Shown piece after piece: positions 9,370 through 20,595 of a stretch of DNA of 64,000 nt. The position numbers and the translations under genes are program-made. The stretch is from Burkholderiales bacterium (GTDB taxonomy: Bacteria; Pseudomonadota; Gammaproteobacteria; Burkholderiales; SG8-39): positions 22,910 to 86,909 of the forward strand of contig JBFFEY010000001.1 in assembly GCA_041558415.1 (NCBI GenBank). The letters run 5' to 3'. Positions within the stretch are counted from its first letter, which is position 1. Each line of letters starts with the position of its first letter. The notes under the pieces were generated by a model, which worked only from the letters and a program-made list of their open reading frames with translations, searched no databases and was not told where the DNA came from.

Positions 9370-10206
9370 CTACACGCCGAGCCGTTTGCAGATTTCGGCC
9401 GACAGCGGTGCCTGATTGAGCGTGTAGAAGTGCAGTCCCGGCGCGCCGCCGGCGAGCAATCGCTCGCACATGGCGGCCACCACGTCGATCCCGAAGGCCT
9501 GGATCGACGCACTGTCGTCACGAAACGATTCGAGCTTGAAGCGGATCCAGCGCGGGATCTCCGCGCCGCAGACATCCGAAAAGCGGGCGAGCTGCGAGAA
9601 ATTAAGAATCGGCATGACGCCGGCGATGATGGGGACCTCGATGCCCGCGGCCCGGCACTCCTCGACAAAACGGAAATAGGGATCGGCGCTGAAGAAATAC
9701 TGCGTGATCGCCGCGTCGGCGCCGGCGTCGATTTTCTTCTTGAAATTGCGGATCTCGTCGGCCGCGTTGCGCGTCTGCGGGTGGTACTCGGGGTAGCAGG
9801 CGACATCGATCGTAAACCAGTCGCCCATCGTCTCGCGAATGAAGGCGACGAGTTCATTGGCGTGACGGAATTCGCCAGCCGCCGCGAAGCCCGAGGGCAG
9901 ATCGCCGCGCAGCGCCACCAGGTGCCGGATGTCATGCGCCCGGTAGCGCTCGAGCTGCGCCGCCACCTCCGCCCGCGACGAGGCGACGCAGGACAGGTGC
10001 GGCGCCGCCTCGTGGCCCTCTGCGCGGATCGCGAGCACCGTCTCGAGCGTGCCCTCGCGCGTCGAGCCGCCGGCGCCGAAGGTGACCGAAAAGAAGCGCG
10101 GCTTGAACGCCGCGAGCGCGCGCCAGGTGCTGCGCAGCTTGTCCTGCCCGGCCGGTGTTTTGGGCGGAAAGAACTCGAAGCTGACCTCGCGCGCGCTGCT
10201 CACCAC
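9370..10206 (-). CDS. metF: 5,10-methylenetetrahydrofolate reductase
   Basis: VSFEFFPPKT..., FFSVTFGAGGSTR and HLSC motifs. Sits downstream of ahcY as in other betaproteobacteria. Confidence 0.93.
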   Translation of the reverse strand: MVSSAREVSFEFFPPKTPAGQDKLRSTWRALAAFKPRFFSVTFGAGGSTREGTLETVLAIRAEGHEAAPHLSCVASSRAEVAAQLERYRAHDIRHLVALRGDLPSGFAAAGEFRHANELVAFIRETMGDWFTIDVACYPEYHPQTRNAADEIRNFKKKIDAGADAAITQYFFSADPYFRFVEECRAAGIEVPIIAGVMPILNFSQLARFSDVCGAEIPRWIRFKLESFRDDSASIQAFGIDVVAAMCERLLAGGAPGLHFYTLNQAPLSAEICKRLGV

Positions 10207-10228
10207 GTCGATCGTCGAGTGCCGACGC

Positions 10229-11641
<1,413 letters not shown>

Positions 11642-11685
11642 GGCGAGAAGCTCCTATCGAATAATGACTGTCCGGGGGGAGCCCC

Positions 11686-11722
11686 AAAAACAAAGCGCCC
11701 GCACCGGATTCGATGCGAGCGC
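11686..11722 (-). terminator. intrinsic terminator forming the expression platform of the SAH riboswitch
   Basis: On the minus strand, GCGCUCGCA (11722..11714) pairs with UGCGGGCGC (11703..11695) in a 9-bp stem with one G-U pair, followed by UUUGUUUUU (11694..11686). The 5' arm is the same GCGCUC that forms the aptamer pseudoknot. Confidence 0.7.
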
Positions 11723-11778
11723 CGTTGATTTCGCTGAGCCTGACCCCCGGTGCACAGGGGATGCAGCGCTCCTCAGCA
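11717..11778 (-). promoter_or_regulatory. SAH (S-adenosylhomocysteine) riboswitch aptamer
   Basis: Minus-strand RNA GCUGAGGAGCGCUGCAUCCCCUGUGCACCGGGGGUCAGGCUCAGCGAAAUCAACGGCGCUC. P1 is GCUGAG/CUCAGC, P2 is CCCC/GGGG, and the pseudoknot is GAGCGC/GCGCUC. This matches the conserved SAH riboswitch core found upstream of ahcY-metF in beta/gammaproteobacteria. Confidence 0.88.
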
Positions 11779-11786
11779 GGATCGAA

Positions 11787-11815
11787 ATTATACCCGGTCA
11801 GGCGGCCTCTTTCAG
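11787..11815 (-). promoter_or_regulatory. sigma70-type promoter for the riboswitch-ahcY-metF transcript (CTGAAA-N17-TATAAT)
   Basis: Perfect TATAAT at 11792..11787 (minus strand), about 8 nt upstream of the aptamer P1. The weak -35 lies inside the metK 3' end. Confidence 0.55.
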
Positions 11816-12955
11816 GGCGAGTGCGCGATCCGTGGCTTCCCAGGTGAACTCGGGGTCCTCGCGCCCGAAATGCCCGTAAGCCGCTGTTTTTTCGTAAATC
11901 GGTCGCAGCAAATCGAGCATCGTCACGATCCCCTTGGGCCGCAGGTCGAAGTGCTCGAGAACCAGTTTCGAAAGCTTGTCATCCGACAGCTTGCCGGTGC
12001 CTTCGGTCGTCACCATCACCGAGGTCGGCCGCGCAACGCCGATCGCGTAGGACACCTGCACCAGACATTTCCTCGCCAGGCCCGCGGCGACGATGTTTTT
12101 TGCCACGTAGCGCCCCGCGTAGGCGGCCGAGCGGTCCACCTTCGACGGATCCTTGCCGGAGAATGCGCCGCCGCCGTGCGGCGCCGAGCCACCATAGGTG
12201 TCGACGATGATCTTGCGGCCGGTGAGGCCGCAGTCGCCCTTCGGTCCGCCGATCTCGAACGCGCCGGTGGGATTCACCAGATAGCGCAGGTCACCCTTGA
12301 CCAGGTTCTTCGGCAGGACCGGCTTGATGATCTCCTCGATGACACCCTCCGCCAGTTGCTCGTGCTTGATACCCGGTGCGTGCTGCGTCGAAATGAGCAC
12401 GGTGTCGATCGCGTCCGGCCTGCCGTCGACGTAGCGCACCGTGACCTGCGACTTCGCGTCCGGGCGCAGCCAGGGCAGACGGCCGTCGCGTCGTGTCTCC
12501 GATTGGCGCTCGACGAGTCGGTGCGCAAGATAGATCGGCAGCGGCATGAGCGACGGCGTCTCGTCGCAGGCATAACCGAACATCAGTCCCTGGTCGCCGG
12601 CGCCCTGCTCATGATCGAGGCCCTGGTCCTCGTTCACGCCCTGCGCGATGTCCGGCGATTGCTGGCCGTAGACGGTAAGGATGGTGCAGGTTTCGGCATC
12701 GAAGCCGATCGATGGGTCGGTGTAACCGATGCGCCGGATGGTTTGGCGCACGACGTCCTGATATTTCACGTCCGCGGTCGTCGTGATCTCGCCGGCGAGC
12801 ACGACCAGGTTGTCCTTGACCAGGGTTTCCGCCGCGACGCGGGCGCGCGGGTCTTTGGCTAGAATTGCGTCGAGTACTGCGTCCGAAATCTGGTCGGAAA
12901 CCTTGTCGGGATGCCCTTCCGACACCGACTCCGACGTGAATAGGAAATCGCTCAT
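11798..12955 (-). CDS. metK: S-adenosylmethionine synthetase
   Basis: The real start is [26 protein letters not shown] at 12955; the rest of the 651-aa track ORF is a shadow extension. [19 protein letters not shown] motif. Confidence 0.97.
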   Translation of the reverse strand: MSDFLFTSESVSEGHPDKVSDQISDAVLDAILAKDPRARVAAETLVKDNLVVLAGEITTTADVKYQDVVRQTIRRIGYTDPSIGFDAETCTILTVYGQQSPDIAQGVNEDQGLDHEQGAGDQGLMFGYACDETPSLMPLPIYLAHRLVERQSETRRDGRLPWLRPDAKSQVTVRYVDGRPDAIDTVLISTQHAPGIKHEQLAEGVIEEIIKPVLPKNLVKGDLRYLVNPTGAFEIGGPKGDCGLTGRKIIVDTYGGSAPHGGGAFSGKDPSKVDRSAAYAGRYVAKNIVAAGLARKCLVQVSYAIGVARPTSVMVTTEGTGKLSDDKLSKLVLEHFDLRPKGIVTMLDLLRPIYEKTAAYGHFGREDPEFTWEATDRALALKEAA

Positions 12956-13063
12956 TGCGTGTGCGCCTCGTTTGAAAGATGCGCCACGCTGAAGGCCCGG
13001 CGCAGTTGCGAGAAGGGCGCAAGGATACCAAAGATTGCCGCATCGCTCCGCCTCGCCAAACGC

Positions 13064-13900
13064 ATGCTCAACGTGCTGATGCGCGCAATCGCGGTGCTGC
13101 CGCTTAGAGCGCTGCATGCGGTCGGCGCGCTGCTCGGCTGGCTCGTGTATTTCGTCTCGCCGACCTACCGGCGCCATCTGCGCGAGAACCTCGCGGCCGC
13201 GGGCTATCAGGACGCCGCAGTGCGGCATGCGGCAATCGCTGCCGCCGGCAAGATGGTGAGCGAGCTGCCCGCAATTTGGTTCCGGCCGCGCGCCGCGCTG
13301 CTCGCGCGCGTGCACGGCATCGAGGGCGAAAGCCATATCGAGGCCGCGCGCGCGGCGGGCAAGGGGGTCATTTTTTTGACGGCGCATCTCGGCTGCTTCG
13401 AGGTCACCGCGCAGCTCGCGGCCACGCGCATGCCGATTACGGTTCTGTACCGGCCGCCGAAGCAGGACTTCCTGCAGCCGCTCATCGAGCAGGGCCGCGC
13501 GCAGCACAACGTGCGTCTCGCCCCGGCGAGCCTTGGCGGCGTGCGCGAGCTGATCGCGGCGCTCAAGCGCGGCGAGGCCGTGGGGATCCTGCCCGACCAG
13601 GTGCCGAGCGCGGGCGAGGGCGCGTGGGCCGATTTTTTCGGGCGACCCGCCTACACCATGACGCTCGCGATCCGGCTCGCGGCGCGCGCGGATAGCGTCA
13701 CGCTGCTTGCCTTCGGCGAGCGGCTGCCGCGCGGCGCCGGCTACGTGGTGCACGTGCGGCCGATGCCGGCGCAGCGCCCGGACGAGTCGCCGGCGCGCTG
13801 GCTCAACCGCGCGCTCGAGGATCTGATCCGCTCACATCCCGGGCAGTACCTCTGGGGCTACAACCGCTACAAGACGCCGCGCGGGGCTGCGCGTGCATGA
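13064..13900 (+). CDS. lipid A late acyltransferase, LpxL/LpxM (HtrB/MsbB) family, paralog 1
   Basis: ATG 13064 ([13 protein letters not shown]...). Acyltransferase motif [15 protein letters not shown], and C-terminal [10 protein letters not shown] typical of the family. Divergent from metK, as in other betaproteobacteria. Confidence 0.85.
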   Translation: MLNVLMRAIAVLPLRALHAVGALLGWLVYFVSPTYRRHLRENLAAAGYQDAAVRHAAIAAAGKMVSELPAIWFRPRAALLARVHGIEGESHIEAARAAGKGVIFLTAHLGCFEVTAQLAATRMPITVLYRPPKQDFLQPLIEQGRAQHNVRLAPASLGGVRELIAALKRGEAVGILPDQVPSAGEGAWADFFGRPAYTMTLAIRLAARADSVTLLAFGERLPRGAGYVVHVRPMPAQRPDESPARWLNRALEDLIRSHPGQYLWGYNRYKTPRGAARA

Positions 13901-14766
13901 GTCGCATCGCGCTCGCGCTGCTCTGGCTGCTGCACGGCCTGCCGACGCGGCTGCTCGCGGCGCTGGGCGATGCGATCGGCACGCTGCTTTGGGGGCTCGT
14001 TGCCGAGCGTCGGCGCGTGACGCGAACCAATCTGGCGAAATGCTTTCCGCAGATGGACCCTGCGTTGCGCGAGCGCCTTGCGCGCGCGCACTTCCGTGCC
14101 GTCGCCCGCGCCTTGATCGACCACGCCTGGCTGTGGTGGTCGCCGCGTGCGCGCATCGAGCAGCTCGTGCGAATCGAGGGCCTCGAGCACCTGCGCGCGC
14201 GGCTGGGCAAACCGCTGATCCTGCTCGTGCCGCATTTCGTCGGTCTCGACGCGGCGGCGACGCGCCTCAGCTGCGAGGGCGATTCGGTCGCGATGTATTC
14301 CCAGCAAAAGGACCGCGCCCTGTCCGAGGTGCTGCGACGCGGCCGTTCGCGCTTCGGCGACCAGCGGCTGGTCTCGCGCCAGCAAGGCATCCGGCCGCTG
14401 CTGCGCGGGATGCGCGAGGGGCGGCCGCTGTTCTACTTGCCGGATCAGGATTACGGTCCGCGCGACGCATTGTTCGTGCCGTTCTTCGGCGTCCCCGCGG
14501 CGACCGTAGCCGGACTGTCCCGACTCGCTCGGCTGAGCGGCGCGCAGGTCCTGCCCGTCGTGCCACGCATGCTGCCGCGCGGCGCAGGCTACGTGGTGCA
14601 CATCGAGCCGCCGTGGCAGGATTTCCCGTCCGGCGACCCGATGGCGGATACGCGACGCATGAACGCATACATCGAGCAGCGCATCCTCGAGATGCCCGAG
14701 CAGTACAACTGGATGCACAAGCGCTTCAAGACGCGGCCTCCGGGCGAGGCCGGTTTCTACGCATGA
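13897..14766 (+). CDS. lipid A late acyltransferase, LpxL/LpxM family, paralog 2
   Basis: The start overlaps the paralog 1 stop (ATGA). HX4D motif VPHFVGLD, YLPDQD, and C-terminal QYNWMHKRFK. Confidence 0.87.
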   Translation: MSRIALALLWLLHGLPTRLLAALGDAIGTLLWGLVAERRRVTRTNLAKCFPQMDPALRERLARAHFRAVARALIDHAWLWWSPRARIEQLVRIEGLEHLRARLGKPLILLVPHFVGLDAAATRLSCEGDSVAMYSQQKDRALSEVLRRGRSRFGDQRLVSRQQGIRPLLRGMREGRPLFYLPDQDYGPRDALFVPFFGVPAATVAGLSRLARLSGAQVLPVVPRMLPRGAGYVVHIEPPWQDFPSGDPMADTRRMNAYIEQRILEMPEQYNWMHKRFKTRPPGEAGFYA

Positions 14767-14776
14767 GAGGCGGGAC

Positions 14777-15736
14777 ATGACGACATTGCGAACGGCGGTG
14801 GTCGGCGTGGGCTATCTCGGGCGGTTTCACGCCGAGAAGCTTGCCTCGATGCCGGGGGTTCAGCTGGTGGCCGTGGCCGACACTAACTTCGAGCGCGCGC
14901 AGGCGATCGCTGCCGCCTTCGGCTGCGAAGCACAGGCCGATCATCGCGCGCTGCTCGATGCGGTCGACGCGGTCTGCGTGGTGGTGCCGACCGAGATGCA
15001 TCATGCGGTGGCGGGCGACTTCCTGCGCGCGGGGGCGCATGTTCTCGTGGAGAAGCCGATTGCGCGCACGCTCGCCGAGGCCGACGACCTGGTGGCTCTC
15101 GCGAAAGCGCAGGGGCGCGTGTTGCAGGTGGGCCACCTGCAGCGCTTCAACCCCGCGTTCCGCGCGCTCGAGCGCTCGATCGGCCGACCGATCTTCATCG
15201 AGACCGAGCGTCTCGCGCCGTTCAAGCAGCGCGGCGTCGACGTCGACGTGGTGCTCGACCTGATGATCCACGACCTCGATCTCGTGCTGACGATGACGAA
15301 AAGCGATCCGGTTTCGGTCAGCGCCTGCGGCGCGAGCGTCATGACCGACTCGATCGACCTGGCGAACGCGCGGCTCGAGTTTGGCGACGGCTGCGTGGCG
15401 AACCTCTCGGCGAGCCGCGCCAGCCAGGGTGCGGTGCGCAAGCTGCGCGCGTTTCACGCCGAGGGCTACCTGTCCGCGGACCTGCAGGCCGGCCGGCTGC
15501 GACTCGTCAAGCGCGGCGCCGCAGCGGGCGACATGCAGCAGGAGGAGGTCACCTTCGACGAGCGCGACGAGCTGCGCGTCGAGATCGAGGCCTTCGTCGC
15601 GGCCGTCACCGGCCGCGGGCCGGCGCTGGTGAGCGGCGACGACGGACGCCGCGCGCTCGCCCTCGCCCTGGAGATCGGCCGCCTCGTGCGCGAGCGTGCC
15701 GAGCACTTCGCCGCGGCCGCAGGAGTGGCGCGATGA
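14777..15736 (+). CDS. Gfo/Idh/MocA-family NAD-dependent oxidoreductase, GnnA-like (candidate UDP-GlcNAc 3-dehydrogenase)
   Basis: Rossmann N-terminus VVGVGYLGRFHAEKL, EKP motif VLVEKPIA, and DVVLDLMIHDLDL. It overlaps the downstream DegT-type aminotransferase (ATGA). Confidence 0.6.
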   Translation: MTTLRTAVVGVGYLGRFHAEKLASMPGVQLVAVADTNFERAQAIAAAFGCEAQADHRALLDAVDAVCVVVPTEMHHAVAGDFLRAGAHVLVEKPIARTLAEADDLVALAKAQGRVLQVGHLQRFNPAFRALERSIGRPIFIETERLAPFKQRGVDVDVVLDLMIHDLDLVLTMTKSDPVSVSACGASVMTDSIDLANARLEFGDGCVANLSASRASQGAVRKLRAFHAEGYLSADLQAGRLRLVKRGAAAGDMQQEEVTFDERDELRVEIEAFVAAVTGRGPALVSGDDGRRALALALEIGRLVRERAEHFAAAAGVAR

Positions 15737-16833
15737 GCGCGATCGGCATGCTGGACCTGCGCGCGGAGTACGCCGAGCTGCGCGGCGCGATCGACCAAGC
15801 GGTACAGCGCGTTCTGACTTCGGGACACTTCATCCTCGGACCGGAAGGCGCCGCGCTCGAATCCGAGCTGGCGGCGCTGACCGGGGCGGCGCATGCCGTC
15901 GCGGTTGCTTCCGGCACGGACGCGCTGCATCTGGCGCTGCGCGCCGCGGGGATCGGCCCGGGCGACGACGTCGTGCTGCCGGCCTTCACGTTCATCGCAA
16001 CCGCCGAGGCGGTGTCCTACACCGGCGCGCGACCGGTGTTCGCCGACATCGACCTGGCGAGCTTCAACGTCACAGCCGCGACGCTGCAGGCGGCACTCAC
16101 GCCGGCCACGCGTGCCGTAATCGTGGTGCATCTCTACGGACAATGCGCGGAGATGCCGGCCATCGCCGCACTTTGCGAGGCGCGCGGCATGACGCTGATC
16201 GAGGACTGCGCACAGGCGATCGGCGCCGACTTTGACGGCCGTGCGGCGGGCGCTTGGGGCGCGTTCGGCTGCTTTTCGTTCTATCCGACGAAGAACCTGG
16301 GCGCCTACGGTGACGCCGGCCTGGTGACGGTGCACGACGTGGGCGACGCGGAGCGCGTGCGCATGCTGCGCCACCACGGCAGCCGACAGACCTACCAGCA
16401 CGAGTTCGTGGGCTACAACAGCCGTCTCGATGAGTTGCAGGCAGCGATCTTGCGCGCGAAGCTGCCGCACCTCCTGCGCTTTAACGATGCGCGGCGCCGC
16501 GCGGCAGCACGCTATCGTGCGGGGCTCGAAGGCACGTCCGTTGCACTGCCGGCCGAGCACGGTCGCGGCAGGCACGTCTACCACCAGTTCACGATTCGCA
16601 GTGACCGGCGCGATACGCTGCGCAAGGCGCTCGGCGATGCCGGTATCGCGAGCGCGGTGTACTACCCTTTGCCCGTGCACCGCCAGCCGGCCTACGCGGC
16701 GAGCGTCGGCGCGCTCGATCTGCCGGCATCCGATGCCGCGGCCGCAAGCGTGCTCTCGTTGCCGATTCATCCCTACCTGCGCGACGCGGACGTCGACCGG
16801 GTGTGCGCGGTACTGCGCAGCGCCAGGCCGTAG
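15733..16833 (+). CDS. DegT/DnrJ/EryC1/StrS-family PLP aminotransferase, GnnB-like (candidate UDP-3-oxo-GlcNAc transaminase)
   Basis: GPEGAALESELA..., and PLP-Lys context FSFYPTKNLGAYGDAG typical of sugar aminotransferases. Confidence 0.65.
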   Translation: MSAIGMLDLRAEYAELRGAIDQAVQRVLTSGHFILGPEGAALESELAALTGAAHAVAVASGTDALHLALRAAGIGPGDDVVLPAFTFIATAEAVSYTGARPVFADIDLASFNVTAATLQAALTPATRAVIVVHLYGQCAEMPAIAALCEARGMTLIEDCAQAIGADFDGRAAGAWGAFGCFSFYPTKNLGAYGDAGLVTVHDVGDAERVRMLRHHGSRQTYQHEFVGYNSRLDELQAAILRAKLPHLLRFNDARRRAAARYRAGLEGTSVALPAEHGRGRHVYHQFTIRSDRRDTLRKALGDAGIASAVYYPLPVHRQPAYAASVGALDLPASDAAAASVLSLPIHPYLRDADVDRVCAVLRSARP

Positions 16834-16842
16834 AATTCGTTC

Positions 16843-17268
16843 GTGTTCGCCAATCCGTCCGACGCCGCGGTGCGCGCCTGCCTGGCGCGCACGAAGACGA
16901 TCGCGGTCGTCGGCCTGTCGCCGCGTCCCGATCGTCCGAGCCATCGCATTGCCCGTCGCCTGCAGCAGTGGGGCTATCGCGTGATCCCGGTACGGCCCGC
17001 AGTGAGCGAGGTGCTCGGCGAAAAGGCCTACGCACGGTTGGCCGACGTGCCGCAGAAGATCGACCTGGTCGACGTGTTCCGTGCAGCCGACCAGGTGGGG
17101 CCTATCGTCGAGCAGTGCATCGCGCTCGGCATTCCCGCGGTCTGGATCCAGCTGGGCATCGTCAACGAGGCGGCCGCGGCGCGTGCGCAGTCTGCTGGCC
17201 TGTTCGTCGTCATGGACCGCTGCATCTCGGTCGACTACCGCCGGCTCATGCCGGCGGTCGAGGCCTAA
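16843..17268 (+). CDS. CoA-binding domain protein (YccU/YneT-like)
   Basis: [17 protein letters not shown]..., DLVDVFR and [11 protein letters not shown] motifs of the CoA_binding_2 family. GTG start. Confidence 0.8.
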   Translation: MFANPSDAAVRACLARTKTIAVVGLSPRPDRPSHRIARRLQQWGYRVIPVRPAVSEVLGEKAYARLADVPQKIDLVDVFRAADQVGPIVEQCIALGIPAVWIQLGIVNEAAAARAQSAGLFVVMDRCISVDYRRLMPAVEA

Positions 17269-17272
17269 GGCC

Positions 17273-18112
17273 GTGACGCAGCTTGCCTTCACCAAGATGG
17301 AGGGCGCCGGCAACGACTTCGTCGTGATCGACGCGACGCGGACGCCCTTCGCACTGAACGCGGCGCAGCTGCGGCGGCTCGCGGATCGCCATTTCGGCGT
17401 GGGTTGCGACCAGGTGCTGGTCGTCGAGCGCAGCTCGCGTCCCGACGCCGACTTCCGTTACCGGATCTTCAATGCCGATGGCGCGGAGGTGGAGCATTGC
17501 GGCAATGGCGCACGCTGTTTCGTGCGTTACGTGCGCGAACGCGGGTTGACCAACAAGCGCGAGATCCGCGTCGAGATCATGACCGGGATCATCGTGCCGC
17601 GGCTCGAAGACGACGGCGAAGTCTCCGTGGACATGGGGGCACCGATCCTCGATGCCCGGCGCGTGCCGTTCACCACCGATCGGCCAGGCCTGCTGCAGTC
17701 GCTCGAGCTGGACGGTCGACCGCTCGCGATGGCCGTGCTCTCGATGGGCAATCCGCATGCGGTGCAGGTTGTTGACGACGTCGATGCCGCGCCGGTCCAG
17801 AGCGAAGGGCCGCGCCTCGAGCGGCATGCGCGTTTTCCCAAACGCGTCAACGCGGGCTACATGCAGGTCGTCGACCGGCATCGCATCCGCCTGCGCGTCT
17901 GGGAGCGCGGCGTCGGCGAGACGCTCGCCTGCGGCACGGGCGCCTGCGCCGCGGTCGTGGCCGGCATTGCGCAAGGCCTGCTCGACTCGGCCGTGCGCGT
18001 CGAGGCGCGCGGCGGCGCGTTGACCGTGTCTTGGGCCGGCGGCGACAATTCGGTGTGGATGAAGGGACCTGCAATGACGGTGTTTGAGGGCACGATGGAG
18101 CTGACGGACTGA
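17273..18112 (+). CDS. dapF: diaminopimelate epimerase
   Basis: Start chosen at GTG 17273 ([19 protein letters not shown]). Catalytic Cys contexts EHCGNGARC and LACGTGACA. The track ORF 17081.. is an upstream extension overlapping the previous gene. Confidence 0.93.
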   Translation: MTQLAFTKMEGAGNDFVVIDATRTPFALNAAQLRRLADRHFGVGCDQVLVVERSSRPDADFRYRIFNADGAEVEHCGNGARCFVRYVRERGLTNKREIRVEIMTGIIVPRLEDDGEVSVDMGAPILDARRVPFTTDRPGLLQSLELDGRPLAMAVLSMGNPHAVQVVDDVDAAPVQSEGPRLERHARFPKRVNAGYMQVVDRHRIRLRVWERGVGETLACGTGACAAVVAGIAQGLLDSAVRVEARGGALTVSWAGGDNSVWMKGPAMTVFEGTMELTD

Positions 18113-18756
18113 TGAACGAGGAAGACGTCGCCGTATTCCTGCGCAGCCACCCGCAGTTCTTCGACCAGCGCCCCGAACTGCTCGAGGCCATACGCGTGCC
18201 GCATCCCCACGGCGGGCGCGCAATTTCACTTGCCGAGCGCCAGATGCTGTCGCTGCGCGAGCGCACGCGCGCGCTCGAAGCCAAGCTCGGTGAGCTGATC
18301 CGCACCAGCGAGGAAAACGAGGCGATCAGCGAGCGGGTGCACCGGCTGGCCGTCGCGCTGCTCGCGGCACGCGATTTTGCCGCGCTCGCGCAGGTGCTGT
18401 ACTTCAACCTGCGAGAGGACTTTTCCGTGCCGCACGTGGTGCTGCGCGTCTGGGGCCGGGGGCTGCCGGCCGACTGCGTCGAGGCCGAGGCGGTGAGCGA
18501 CGCGCAGCGCGAGGCGGCCGAGACGATGGGCGGGCCGCAGTGCGGCTCCGCGGAGGGTAGCCCGTTCCTCGCGTGGTTCGGGGAAACCGCGTCGCACCTG
18601 CGCTCGCTGGCGCTTGTGCCGCTGGGCGGCACGAGCATCTTCGGCCTGCTCGCGCTGGGCAGTGAGGATAGCGGCCGCTTCTATCCCGAGATGGGCACGC
18701 TGTACCTGCGGCGCATTGGCGAGCTCTGCGCCGCGGGCGTCGGCGGCTGTACCTGA
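18112..18756 (+). CDS. DUF484-family protein (YigA-like)
   Basis: The ATG overlaps the dapF stop. FLRSHPQFF...ISLAERQMLSLRER and a C-terminal GAF-like part. Canonical dapF-DUF484-xerC synteny. Confidence 0.85.
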   Translation: MNEEDVAVFLRSHPQFFDQRPELLEAIRVPHPHGGRAISLAERQMLSLRERTRALEAKLGELIRTSEENEAISERVHRLAVALLAARDFAALAQVLYFNLREDFSVPHVVLRVWGRGLPADCVEAEAVSDAQREAAETMGGPQCGSAEGSPFLAWFGETASHLRSLALVPLGGTSIFGLLALGSEDSGRFYPEMGTLYLRRIGELCAAGVGGCT

Positions 18757-18770
18757 AGCGACGCACCGGC

Positions 18771-19685
18771 GTGGCGGCGCAGCCGATGCCCGCGCACCCC
18801 GATCAGGGTCTGGTCGTGGACTGGCTCGAATCGCTGCGCGTGCAGCGCCATCTTTCGCCTGCGACGATCGGCAACTACCGCCACGCGGCGACGGCGCTGC
18901 TCGCCCTGGCCGGGGATGCGCGGCTCGATGCGCTAGACCCGCAGCAGCTGCGGCGCTACGTTGCGACGCTGCACGCACGCGGCCTCTCCGGCCGCAGTCT
19001 TGCATTGACCTTGTCGGCCTGGCGCAGCCTGTATCGCTGGTTGCTACGGCATCGCGGCTTCCGCAGCAACCCGGTGCAGGGTGTGCGCGCACCGAAATCG
19101 CCGCGCGGACTGCCCAAGGCGCTGTCCGTCGAGCAGGCGCAGCGTCTGCTCGACATCGGCGCGGAAGGCGACGCGGCACAGGCGCGCGACGCCGCCATGT
19201 TCGAGCTGATGTACTCGTCCGGACTGCGCCTCGGCGAGATTGTCGCGCTCGACCTGCGCGACGGCCGTCTCGACTTGGCAGCGGGGGAAGTCACGGTCAC
19301 CGGCAAGGGCCGCAAGACGCGCACCGTGCCCGTGGGCGCGCGGGCGCGCGATGCGCTGCAGCGCTGGCTGGCGTTACGGGTGCGGCTCGCGCGCCCGGGC
19401 GAAGCCGCGCTTTTCGTCGGCGCGCGCGGTGCGCGCATCGCGCCGGGCAGCGTCCGTGCGCGGCTGCGTGCCTGGGCGCTGCGCCAGGGGATCGATGCGG
19501 TGCACCCGCACATGCTGCGCCACTCCTTCGCCAGCCACGTGCTGCAGTCCTCGCAGGACCTGCGCGCAGTGCAGGAGATGCTGGGCCACGCGAGCGTCTC
19601 GACGACCCAGATCTACACCCACCTGGATTACCAGGCGCTGGCCAAGGTGTACGACGCCGCGCATCCGCGGGCCAAGAAGAAGTAG
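18771..19685 (+). CDS. xerC: tyrosine recombinase XerC
   Basis: SAM-like N-domain. Catalytic residues lie in ELMYSSGLRLGE, HMLRHSFASH and LGHASVSTTQIYTH. Housekeeping synteny. Confidence 0.92.
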   Translation: MAAQPMPAHPDQGLVVDWLESLRVQRHLSPATIGNYRHAATALLALAGDARLDALDPQQLRRYVATLHARGLSGRSLALTLSAWRSLYRWLLRHRGFRSNPVQGVRAPKSPRGLPKALSVEQAQRLLDIGAEGDAAQARDAAMFELMYSSGLRLGEIVALDLRDGRLDLAAGEVTVTGKGRKTRTVPVGARARDALQRWLALRVRLARPGEAALFVGARGARIAPGSVRARLRAWALRQGIDAVHPHMLRHSFASHVLQSSQDLRAVQEMLGHASVSTTQIYTHLDYQALAKVYDAAHPRAKKK

Positions 19686-19794
19686 CGGTCCGCTCGGCTG
19701 AGCGTGTCTGCAAGTAGAATGCGGTCTCGTTGACCCCTTCGGTGGCGCGCCGTGTGGACGCGCGGCGCCGCACACCTCTCCGCGTCTGATTCAT

Positions 19795-20568
19795 ATGGTG
19801 CTTGCTTCGATCATCGCGGCAAACCTCGCTGGCGGCCTGCTTTCGGTCCTCGCCGCCGCGCTGGTTGCGTTCTCGGTGCTCGAGCGCTGGGTACCGCGTC
19901 TCGTGAGCTTTGCGGTCGGCGCGCTGCTCGGCGTCGCGCTGCTCAAGCTGCTGCCGGAGGCGATCGCCTCGCAGGCCAGTGCGCAGGCGGTATTTGGCAC
20001 CTTGCTCATCGGCCTGCTGGTGTTTTTCCTGCTCGAGAAGCTGGCGCTGTGGCGCCACTCGCACGGTTCGGGCGAGCGTGCCCACGGACATCACGCGCAC
20101 GGCTCCGCGAGCGCCTCCAGTCCGGTGGGCGCGCTCATCGTACTGGGTGATTCGCTGCACAACTTCGTCGACGGCGTGCTGATCGCGGCGGCCTTTCTGA
20201 CCGATCCGGCGCTCGGCTGGACGACGGCGGTCGCGGTGATCGCCCACGAGGTCCCGCAAGAGGTCGGCGACTTCATGGTGCTGCTCGATGCCGGGTATAC
20301 CCGACGCCGGGCACTGATGCTGAACGCGCTGTCCAGCCTGGCGTCGGTCGCCGGCGGGCTGCTGGGCTATTTCGCGCTGCGCACCACGCAGCATGCGCTA
20401 CCCTATATCCTTGCCCTCGCCGCGGCGGGCTTCATCTACATCGCGGTTGCCGACCTGATTCCGAACCTGCACCGCCGGTTTGCGGTGAAGGATGCGCTAT
20501 CACAGGTCGCCTTGATCGGGCTCGGCGTCGCGGTCGTGGTGGTCGCAGGCCAGGGGCATGGCCACTAG
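19795..20568 (+). CDS. ZIP-family divalent metal (zinc) transporter
   Basis: Eight hydrophobic segments, a His-rich loop HSHGSGERAHGHHAHGS, and the HNFVDG and HEVPQEVGDF motifs. Confidence 0.88.
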   Translation: MVLASIIAANLAGGLLSVLAAALVAFSVLERWVPRLVSFAVGALLGVALLKLLPEAIASQASAQAVFGTLLIGLLVFFLLEKLALWRHSHGSGERAHGHHAHGSASASSPVGALIVLGDSLHNFVDGVLIAAAFLTDPALGWTTAVAVIAHEVPQEVGDFMVLLDAGYTRRRALMLNALSSLASVAGGLLGYFALRTTQHALPYILALAAAGFIYIAVADLIPNLHRRFAVKDALSQVALIGLGVAVVVVAGQGHGH

Positions 20569-20595
20569 CAGGCGAGATTGCGTGGGAGTTGAGAC

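Noticed and set aside
12956-13063. Possible SAM riboswitch in the metK leader.
   Set aside because: I could not recognise any of the SAM-I, SAM-II, SAM-V or SAM/SAH core motifs or a convincing pseudoknot in the 108-nt leader. A covariance-model scan would be needed to exclude one formally.
18771-19685. The tyrosine recombinase as a marker of an integrated mobile element.
   Set aside because: The canonical dapF-DUF484-xerC housekeeping synteny and XerC-type motifs are present. I saw no flanking phage, plasmid or transposon genes, att-like repeats or compositional shift.
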